DNA of 26,581 nt from Desulfobacteraceae bacterium (lineage in GTDB: Bacteria > Desulfobacterota > DSM-4660 > Desulfatiglandales > B25-G16): assembly GCA_028572035.1 (NCBI GenBank), contig JAPVWE010000001.1:1-26581 (forward strand), given 5' to 3'. The first letter of the stretch is position 1; each line of letters begins with the position of its first letter. A program made the translations under genes and the position numbers. The notes under the pieces are model-generated. The model saw nothing but the letters and a program-made list of their open reading frames with translations. It did no database searches and had not been told where the DNA came from. Shown in pieces: positions 1 to 7,308 of this stretch.

Positions 1-314
1 TTACAGGTACCAAAGTTCCGAAGGTGTTCTCTGAGGTTGGTTTTTCCACAATATCCTCCACGGCTTCTAAATATAGTAACTAATCGTGTTTCCTTCCCGA
101 CTAATATAGACGCCTTGATACAATCTTAAGCCCTCCTGTAGCAAAAGCTCATATTTTTGCGTGTCTGTTCCTTGCCCAGATATAATTACCTGATTGCTGT
201 CTCTAAAGCCCACATTTTGCAGTGGAATTGAGGAGAGTATTGACAATACGTATAACTAGTTGATTGTGCGACTCCTATGTGGTGGGGAACCATCATAGAA
301 AGGAGCTCGAAGGA

Positions 315-416
315 GTGATAGATGTTAGGCATTTGAATAGCAAGTTGCTGCGCGTCGATCAGGTCCGGATTGAATTTGCCCATAAACCAATAACGCCATG
401 GCGAGGTTTTGGCTGA
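315..416 (+). pseudogene. IS1380-family transposase N-terminal fragment (remnant)
   Basis: Not in the ORF track. AAGGAG (300-305) precedes GTG 315; the frame reads (M)IDVRHLNSKLLRVDQVRIEFAHKPITPWRGFG*. IEFxxKPITPW(G)G resembles the conserved N-terminal motif of IS1380 transposases. Stops after 33 codons. Family call is from motif memory only. Confidence 0.5.
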
Positions 417-462
417 GGTGCCGGTGAGGGGTTTTTACACCCTTCATTGTTAGATCTGTTAT

Positions 463-491
463 TTGACAGTGTCCTCTCTAAGATTTACAAT
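463..491 (+). promoter_or_regulatory. sigma70-type promoter for the DUF47-pit pair
   Basis: TTGACA (463-468), 17 nt spacer, TACAAT (486-491), about 30 nt upstream of ATG 524. Confidence 0.65.
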
Positions 492-523
492 TTATATATT
501 GATAAGAAATTGTGGAGGAAGAA

Positions 524-1180
524 ATGAAATTACTCGATTTCTTTTTGCGAAAACAAAGACTAATAGAAAAGGATGTATTTGATTATCTCTACCAGTGGAA
601 AAAATGTCTCGAAGATTTCAAAGCTGGGATGGAGATATATCTGGATGAGGGTCTCGGGGAGAAATTTAATTATTACGTTCAGCAGGTACATAAAACGGAG
701 GACAGGGCTGATGAGCTGAGGAGAAAGGTTGAATGGGAAATGTATTCGAAAGCACTACTTCCCGAATCGAGAGGCGATATTCTCGGATTCTTGGAAACGA
801 TGGATAAAATTCCTAATAAGGCTGAATCACTTCTTAACCAGATTAAACTTCAAAGACTTGAATTTCCCAAAGAACTGAATCCAAACCTGCAACGAATTGT
901 GGCTCTTTCCTGTGAAGCAATCCAACTTGTTTATGAGGCGGCAACAAATCTTATCAGCCGGAAGGGTGGTATTCACAAGCTTGCAGATGAAATTGGTGTC
1001 AAAGAGACTGAATGCGATCACGCTGAACAGGATACTATAGAAAAGATATTTACAATGGATATTGATAAGGCAGACAAAATCCTTTTAAAGGAATTCATCA
1101 TCGAACTTGGAAATCTTACAGACAGGGCGGAAGATGTCTCCGAAAGACTTACCCTTTTAAGCGTAAAGAGAAGAGTTTAA
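524..1180 (+). CDS. DUF47 / TIGR00153 PhoU-like phosphate transport regulator
   Basis: All-helical protein with E-x-x-AD-x-L-RR (EDRADELRRKVE) and E-x-E-C-D / D-R-A-E-D repeats, directly upstream of a PiT gene. Start moved from GTG 512 to ATG 524 because GGAGG lies at 514-518. Confidence 0.88.
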   Translation: MKLLDFFLRKQRLIEKDVFDYLYQWKKCLEDFKAGMEIYLDEGLGEKFNYYVQQVHKTEDRADELRRKVEWEMYSKALLPESRGDILGFLETMDKIPNKAESLLNQIKLQRLEFPKELNPNLQRIVALSCEAIQLVYEAATNLISRKGGIHKLADEIGVKETECDHAEQDTIEKIFTMDIDKADKILLKEFIIELGNLTDRAEDVSERLTLLSVKRRV

Positions 1181-2119
1181 ATGTTTTATCTCATTTCAGC
1201 CATATATCTTGGCTGGTCTCTTGGTGCAAACGACGCTGCCAATATATTCGGCACGGCAGTCTCCTCAAAGATGGTAAAATTCATAACTGCCGCAATACTT
1301 GCATCCATCTTTGTCATTCTCGGGGCAATTCTTGAAGGCAGAGCAGGAATAGAGACAATAGGTAGACTATCTGCTATGGACCTGGGTACGGCAGGGATCT
1401 CATCACTTGCAGCAGCTATAGCAGTGACAATTATGACAATTTTGAAACTGCCGGTTTCCACATCGCAGGCAGTGGTTGGCTCTATCGTAGGTGTTGGAAT
1501 AATGGAGAAGCACGTAACGCTTACAGGCCTGGATAAGATTATTATATGCTGGATAGGAACACCGATCGGTGGATGTATATTGAGTATTGTTTTATATCTG
1601 GTTCTGGCGAGGATTATTAACAGATTTCAGCCATCATGGGCAGGCTTTGATTTTATCATGAGGACAGGCCTTATCATTACCGGATGTTATGGTGCTTATG
1701 CACTCGGTGCAAATAACGTGGCAAATGTAACTGCAGTTTTCTATGGCGCCGGTTTTCTTTCCTTAAAGACCGCTGCTCTGATTGGAGGTGTGAGCATTGC
1801 CCTCGGGATTCTGACATTCAGCAAGGGTGTCATGAAGACGGTAGGAAGAGGTATCGTAAAGCTCGATGCATACTCCGCCCTGATAGTAGTACTCTCTAAC
1901 GCAATAACCGTTCATATCTATGCTGTTATCGGGGTTCCAGTATCTACATCCCAGGCAGTTGTCGGGGCAGTTCTGGGGATTGGTTTGTTGAAGAGGGCAG
2001 AGGCATTGAAAAGGAGAGCCATTGTTGGTGTATTTTCAGGTTGGATTGCCACACCCTTTATTGCTGGTCTGGTTTCGATATTTATCTATTTTGTGACTCA
2101 TCTAACATATGTGGGTTGA
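1181..2119 (+). CDS. pit: PiT family inorganic phosphate transporter
   Basis: Two PiT signature repeats: GANDAANIFGTAV...LPVSTSQAVVG and GANNVANV...VPVSTSQAVVG. Hydrophobic, 312 aa, abuts the DUF47 stop. Confidence 0.93.
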   Translation: MFYLISAIYLGWSLGANDAANIFGTAVSSKMVKFITAAILASIFVILGAILEGRAGIETIGRLSAMDLGTAGISSLAAAIAVTIMTILKLPVSTSQAVVGSIVGVGIMEKHVTLTGLDKIIICWIGTPIGGCILSIVLYLVLARIINRFQPSWAGFDFIMRTGLIITGCYGAYALGANNVANVTAVFYGAGFLSLKTAALIGGVSIALGILTFSKGVMKTVGRGIVKLDAYSALIVVLSNAITVHIYAVIGVPVSTSQAVVGAVLGIGLLKRAEALKRRAIVGVFSGWIATPFIAGLVSIFIYFVTHLTYVG

Positions 2120-2237
2120 GTATCTTCCTATTGCTACAGCGAAAGAATTCAGTTCCTTTTCCTGTTTCAGTGTCGGCGCTTTTAAGCCGAATTCTTGCTC
2201 CACAAAACAGGCGAGATACCCCTAACCCAGATAAACC

Positions 2238-2324
2238 GGAATTGAGGAATTGCGAATTGAGGGATTAAGGAATTAAGATATGGAATAATTGCATTTTATC
2301 TACTAATCCCTGAATCCCTAAATC
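2238..2324. repeat. Octamer tandem-repeat hairpin element
   Basis: Left arm GGAATTGA-GGAATTGC-GAATTGA-GGGATTAA-GGAATTAA (2238-2276); right arm CTAATCCC-TGAATCCC-TAAATC (2303-2324) is the reverse complement of the unit. Confidence 0.8.
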
Positions 2325-2394
2325 ATGTTGGTGATGCTTAGAATTCAGGTTAGAATTTTGTGACCATTTTGAGCATGATCTTATTGATAAGGGA

Positions 2395-2487
2395 CTAAGA
2401 TTTTGACATATTTCCTTCATAACAAGACCTCTCCACCACCTGCATTATAATATCTGAGATAACCAGGTCAATCCTGTCTTTATTATT
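2395..2487 (-). pseudogene. Degenerate response-regulator receiver domain fragment
   Basis: NNKDRIDLVISDIIM, then after a frame change GGGEVLL and MKEI, follows the receiver pattern 'DxIDLVILDxIMPxxGGxE...KEI' of hybrid kinases. No N-terminus or intact frame. Confidence 0.6.
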
Positions 2488-2722
2488 TCCTATCAAGAAT
2501 CGGCAGAGGAGCCCGGGCGTAAGCCCGTGAGTGCCTACTTTTCCCTTTTTGCAAATAGGCCCTTGAATCACAATGTGGGATTTTCCTTCTCCTGGTTGAG
2601 ACCGAAACATTTTCCACTGAGACATTTTCCACTTGAAATTATCTCCCCATTAGCAGATAGTTTTTAAAGGATGCTTATCATTATTTCACGGATCTAATAA
2701 CATTTACCTTCTCATTAGAAGA

Positions 2723-3460
2723 ATGCCAGGCATTGAATTGACAAGGAGAGGATTTTGCAGACTAATAGGCTTCGTTTGCCTTTGTGGATCTCTTTTTGTT
2801 CCTCACAGCGTTTTATCCAGTGCAAAACGAAGGTCTCTTAAACGGAAAGGAGGTAGCAGAATGCACTTACCTGATCCAATGGCAGATGGAGATGTGTCCC
2901 TTGAAAGGACAATCCATCAAAGAAGAACCATCAGATCCTTCGAGAGTAAGGCCCTCACCCCCAAGCAGTTTTCCCAGTTACTCTGGGCAGCGCAGGGAAT
3001 TACAGAGACAGGAGGATTTAAGAGGGCTGCCGCATCTGCCGGGGCACTATATCCTATGGACATTTATGGAGTGGTTGGAGGAGATTGTATCGAAAAACTG
3101 GATCCCGCCGTTTACCACTATGAGCCTACCAACCATACCATCTCCCTTGTTAGAGAGGGAGATGCCAGAAGGGATATAGCAATAGCCGCGCTGAGCCAGA
3201 TGTGGATGGCCCACGCCCCGCTGACCCTTGTCATTACCGCAGAATACAGTCGAATCATGGGTAAATATGGCCACAGGGGAGTTAGATATGCCATGATAGA
3301 GGCAGGGCACATCGGGCAAAATATCTTCCTTCAATCTCAGGCGATGGGACTGGAAGCAGGAATCGTAGGGGCCTTTGAAGACGAGAAGGTTATCGAGGTT
3401 ATGGGGATTAAGAAAACACATGAACCCCTGCTTCTCATGCCAGTTGGGTACAAGAGGTAA
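2723..3460 (+). CDS. SagB/ThcOx-family nitroreductase-like FMN dehydrogenase with Tat signal peptide and internal second start (ATG 2861)
   Basis: Motifs RRTIRSF, ASAGALYP, EAGHIGQN. N-terminal LTRRGFC plus hydrophobic stretch is Tat-like. AAGGAGGT at 2847-2854 lies 6 nt before in-frame ATG 2861. Confidence 0.88.
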   Translation: MPGIELTRRGFCRLIGFVCLCGSLFVPHSVLSSAKRRSLKRKGGSRMHLPDPMADGDVSLERTIHQRRTIRSFESKALTPKQFSQLLWAAQGITETGGFKRAAASAGALYPMDIYGVVGGDCIEKLDPAVYHYEPTNHTISLVREGDARRDIAIAALSQMWMAHAPLTLVITAEYSRIMGKYGHRGVRYAMIEAGHIGQNIFLQSQAMGLEAGIVGAFEDEKVIEVMGIKKTHEPLLLMPVGYKR

Positions 3461-3672
3461 GCCATAGCAAGGGATCTTAGTTGTTAGAACTTGATATCTT
3501 TTGGATGTCACTGTGATGTGATTCCATCCGGTTATGGATCCATTCGATTCAGGATTTTTGCAAGGAGGTTAACAATGTTTAAGAGAGTTTTTGTTTACTA
3601 ATTCCCTTCTTTTTTCTTTGCCTTTTGCAGGGCAAAAATGAAGTTCATTCCAAGATGAGAGGAGGTAGGAAG

Positions 3673-4131
3673 ATGGAAATAAAAATTACGAGCACTGCTT
3701 TTTCTGAAGGCAGCATGATTCCAAAACGCTATACATGCGATGGGGAAGATGTTTCTCCCCCTCTGGCATGGACTGGTGTTCCTGAGGGCACAAAGAGTCT
3801 TGCCCTTATCTGTGATGACCCTGATGCGCCCGTGGGAACATGGGTACATTGGGTACTCTTTAATATACCAGCAGACATGCAGGAGTTACCTGCCAACATA
3901 CCTCTGGAGAAGATCATCAAAAATGGTGCAAGACATGGAACAAACGACTTTCGAAAATTCGGTTACGGGGGCCCATGTCCTCCTGGTGGAACGCACAGAT
4001 ATTATTTCAAACTCTATGCCCTTGATACAGAGATTGATCTTGAGAGTGGAATTACTAAGGCACAATTGCTCAAGGCCATGGAAGGTCATATCTTGGCCGA
4101 AGGCCAGTTAATGGGAAGATATAAGAGGTAA
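3673..4131 (+). CDS. YbhB/YbcL family Raf kinase inhibitor-like (PEBP) protein
   Basis: PEBP motifs DPDAP, WVHW, YGGPCPP, HRY. GAGGAGGT at 3659-3666 lies 6 nt before ATG 3673. An upstream signal-peptide frame starting at ATG 3575 is disrupted (see findings). Confidence 0.92.
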   Translation: MEIKITSTAFSEGSMIPKRYTCDGEDVSPPLAWTGVPEGTKSLALICDDPDAPVGTWVHWVLFNIPADMQELPANIPLEKIIKNGARHGTNDFRKFGYGGPCPPGGTHRYYFKLYALDTEIDLESGITKAQLLKAMEGHILAEGQLMGRYKR

Positions 4132-4430
4132 ATGATACTCTTTGACCGGATAAACCTCAATTATGTCAAATTATTAGACTATTGCCAGATTCTTGACAAC
4201 TTTTCCGTCCTGCGGGTACGTGTTAGTATAATGCTTGAGATGATAACCTATTGATATTACAGGCTTATTGACCTAAAGAGAAATAATTTCCTCTATCGCA
4301 TGCAGCGGGCACACCTCTTATCATAAGTGACTGGGTGCTTGCATCTTGCATGCTAGTTGTGACAGATATAGCAGAAGACTCCAGGGAATTTATGATCAGT
4401 GATTATATGGAGAGGGCAGGCAATCCTTTT

Positions 4431-4742
4431 CAGGCTGTTGCCCAAGGCCGTTTTACAACGCGATTCTCATCAGTAGGGAACAGCGGAAAAGAATCGTATT
4501 CATGAGCTCTCGCTCAGAGCTGACATTGTAGAGGATTAGGAGGAGCATCATCTTGACAATAACAGGGGAGGCACTGAAACACTACCATTTTCCCCATAGC
4601 CCTCTTTTGCTTTAGCATAGATAAAGTCAAAATCGATCTATTCTTTAATCTTGCGTAGAAGGTGATTTTGTGGAATTCTTTTCTCAAGATTCGCGCTGTA
4701 GTAAGAGAGCTTCGGTTGATAGTTGGACTGATAACCCATCAT
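4431..4742 (-). mobile_element. Internally deleted, inactivated IS1182-family element (transposase N-terminus, DUF772-like)
   Basis: Not in the ORF track. SD AGGAG then ATG 4742: MMGYQSNYQPKLSYYSANLEKRIPQNHLLRKIKE*IDFDFIYAKAKEGYGENGSVSVPP/[fs]VIVKMMLLLILYNVSSERELMNTI. In-frame TAG at 4640-4638, frameshift at the G run 4565-4568, similarity lost near 4492. TTGGGCAACAGCC (4445-4433, minus) is a candidate right end. Confidence 0.8.
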
Positions 4743-4756
4743 GGCAAACTCCTAAT

Positions 4757-5104
4757 CTATTGATTAGAGCTTAGGTCCTCTAAGATTGATAGTCCAACTA
4801 AATAGAGTCCTTTGAATCGTCCATTTTCATCTTTGGCGATATCTCTGATCTCTGTTTCTAAGTATTCAATAGGTCTTGATGAATTAGTCGTGTAGTATTT
4901 CAGATTCAGGATGTCACCGGCCTTCAGGCGATTCAATAAACCAGAATCTTCCATTACCAATACACAGATTCCCTTCGGTGATATATCCCAGATTTTGAAT
5001 TGATAAGCAAAGGCGCTTTCACTTATTGAAAATTCTACGCTGTGGTATTGATCTATAATAATGCTTCTGGGTTTTGATCTTCTCTCTGTAAAGCTGTCTT
5101 CCAT
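4757..5104 (-). CDS. PilZ-like domain protein (putative c-di-GMP receptor)
   Basis: RRSKPR (RxxxR) and DISPKG (DxSxxG) motifs with a beta-rich pattern. ATG 5104 preceded by AAGGG is preferred over TTG 5176. Confidence 0.75.
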   Translation of the reverse strand: MEDSFTERRSKPRSIIIDQYHSVEFSISESAFAYQFKIWDISPKGICVLVMEDSGLLNRLKAGDILNLKYYTTNSSRPIEYLETEIRDIAKDENGRFKGLYLVGLSILEDLSSNQ

Positions 5105-5611
5105 AAACTGCCCTTTTATTGTTTCCACCTGGATGCATCCGAGATTCTTAGATAACGATGATTTAATTGCTTTCAAATTGCGTGCCAGAAGCTAGTTTTT
5201 TATCATCTCATTCAAAATAGGCAGAATTGAGAAAATGATTCCACCCCAGGGTTCCGGAAATATCTACTCTATCGAAGCTTCACACGATCACGTTGTAATG
5301 CATAAATAAAAGAGGTGATTTAACCGGGGAGCTCTGATGAAGGCAGGGAGTATGAAAATGCATATAAAACAGTGCATGTGTGCACAATTTTCGCTGTAAC
5401 CTGTTATTCATGCTCTTAACTTCTCGGGGACAGGTTGCAAAGGAAAGCACAAAATAGACCGAGCAGTGCAGAATTTATGATCAGGATAAGGCAACAGAGA
5501 TCCAAAAGAAAGGAAAGGGGTCAGGCGTTTTTTGAATAGAAGTTGAGCTGGCCATTTCTCTGATTTGTTCGATGCGGCGGCACAGGGTCTGACGGAGACG
5601 ACAGCCTTGTA

Positions 5612-6907
5612 TCAATCATCGAAATCGCCTTCAGGGCCCTTATCCGTCCCGATTCTGGCTGCACGCTGACGGATTTTGCCCTCTGTCCAGTCGGAGGGAT
5701 CCTCGATTCGGTTCACCTTGGCGCCGGGATCATAGGAGCCTGCCTTGAGGATGGCCTCAATTGCCAGGGGGGCCGTATCCTGTGCATTGAAGACATTGGT
5801 CAGGAGTTCATAGACAAAGTCCTCCACCCCCTTGCATATCCTCTGCCTCACCTCACGCGGCAATCCTAAGAGTTTGTTTTCAAAGGGGAGGTTGAGCTTC
5901 TTGTAATCCCCGGCCTTGATGCCCTTTGAATCTGCATAGGCCACCATCTCAGTCCACATGGCCTGTGTCATGCCCTTTTCAGGTTCCTTTAAGAATTCTC
6001 CGTTTTCATCTAAATAGGCGTTGCCGTAGTCATTGACCCTGACACCCCAGGAGATCATCTGGAGGGCCGTGGCCACGTTGGCCTTGGTGGTGCTGGTCTC
6101 CTTGGTGATCCTTCGAAGGCGTTCGGAGTTGTTCCCTGATGTCCCGTGCTGAGCACCCGATATCTTGTATTTGGCCAGGGCCTCATGAATCTCCCGCGTT
6201 AATGGTACCTGAATCCCCTGATCACTCTCCTCTATCCCATGGATGGTACCATTATTGAGCGCTATCCAGTCAGGAAAGATATCATGGGCGTTCAGGCCCT
6301 GGATCAAAAAGAGCGCCTCCTCTACCGTGGAAATACCTTCCTTGCCCTTGATCTCCCCGACCTCGGTCTCATAACCAGCCCATACGGGGATATAGGCGTT
6401 CAGGGTCAAATTGGCGAGAAGATTTCTGTCGTCAGGCAGGTGCGAGGCATCAATGGCAATGGAGGTGATGCCCGCATCAAACATAGATGGAATCTCAGTC
6501 TTGGCTGCCTCGACATCCTGATCCCCTTTAATCCCGTAATGGTCCGCGTGAATCGCTACGGGGATGGTGATGCCCAGTTCGTTGCAGACGGCATCAACCT
6601 GTCTTGCCAGATTCCAGTAATTCACTGCACAGTAAGCATCTGCTCCGCCTTCTGATTTAGCAATCTCTATGAAGATGGCGGCATTGGCCCTCTGGGCTGC
6701 CGCCAGTGCTCCGTGAATGACAAAATGATTTCTTGCGTTTGCAGCGATGGTCACCGCCTTTCCCTTGGCCATCATGGCCCGGTCTATAACCTTGCCGCTG
6801 ACGATCAAGGCCTTTGAGTGTGGAAACAGATGGGTGATATTGGGTGGGCGCCCAATCTCCAGGGCTCTTTCAAACTCTGCTGTGAATTTCTGACTCTCCA
6901 AAGGCAT
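5612..6907 (-). CDS. fba: Class II fructose-bisphosphate aldolase
   Basis: Metal-binding HADH, AIDASH, ETEVGEI, NGTIHG, AQHGTSG and KANVATALQ motifs; SD AAGGAG upstream of ATG 6907. Confidence 0.85.
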   Translation of the reverse strand: MPLESQKFTAEFERALEIGRPPNITHLFPHSKALIVSGKVIDRAMMAKGKAVTIAANARNHFVIHGALAAAQRANAAIFIEIAKSEGGADAYCAVNYWNLARQVDAVCNELGITIPVAIHADHYGIKGDQDVEAAKTEIPSMFDAGITSIAIDASHLPDDRNLLANLTLNAYIPVWAGYETEVGEIKGKEGISTVEEALFLIQGLNAHDIFPDWIALNNGTIHGIEESDQGIQVPLTREIHEALAKYKISGAQHGTSGNNSERLRRITKETSTTKANVATALQMISWGVRVNDYGNAYLDENGEFLKEPEKGMTQAMWTEMVAYADSKGIKAGDYKKLNLPFENKLLGLPREVRQRICKGVEDFVYELLTNVFNAQDTAPLAIEAILKAGSYDPGAKVNRIEDPSDWTEGKIRQRAARIGTDKGPEGDFDD

Positions 6908-7308
6908 GTTTAGCTCCTTTCCATCCTTGTTGTTCGGTGTGCCGGTGGCTTGGTTATGTTTATGAGCACAACAAGGGTATAAGTTCTACTGTTAAGATGA
7001 TTCATCATTATTCTTAGGCCAACTCACAGGCCCTGTCAAGCGGCAATTGGATCAAGGTGTGGACACCCGAGAGAAGGCCTCATTACTTGTAAGCAAGATG
7101 CTTTATGTTGCAGCCCTGTGAACGGTTAGATAAGAAATGATCAATCGTGAATCCTTTCCCAGTAGGCCTATTTCGGTTAGGATTGGGAAAATTATCCCTT
7201 GCCATGTTTCCCGATTAGTAGTATGTAAAATGCCTTTCACTGAGATGACTCCTGGTGAGATGCTACACACGACCGAAGGAGCTGCATTAGTTGCAAAAGG
7301 AGCTGTTG

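Noticed and set aside
67-213. 48-codon GTG-start minus-strand frame (GFRDSNQVIISGQG...YYI)
   Set aside because: No SD and no recognisable family; cannot be supported without a search.
266-300. GTGCGAC as a group II intron 5' end
   Set aside because: No domain V/VI and no reverse transcriptase follows.
186-383. 65-aa minus-strand ORF from the track
   Set aside because: No recognisable motif; it is antisense to the IS1380-like fragment, which explains the region better.
2120-2219. Alternative stems in the pit 3' region (GTATCT/AGATAC, CCTGTTT/AAACAGG, AAGAATTC/GAATTCTT)
   Set aside because: Short 6-8-bp matches, mutually crossing, no riboswitch consensus, and located downstream of the gene.
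2041-2268. 75-aa plus-strand ORF overlapping the pit end
   Set aside because: Out-of-frame overlap with pit that runs into the octamer repeat; likely spurious.
4386-5483. 14-bp direct repeat GAATTTATGATCAG at about 4386 and 5470, bracketing the IS remnant and PilZ gene
   Set aside because: AT-rich, not adjacent to the inferred IS end, and no integrase or tRNA; may be chance.
5180-5610. Riboswitch (c-di-GMP, fluoride) or small ORF between the PilZ gene and fba
   Set aside because: No consensus core found on either strand; the MKMHIK... frame stops after 15 codons.
6239-6655. 138-aa antisense ORF in fba, and the other long antisense or alternate-frame ORFs inside fusA, rel, proS, hppA and rho
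   Set aside because: Fully contained in well-supported genes and lacking motifs; typical shadow ORFs.
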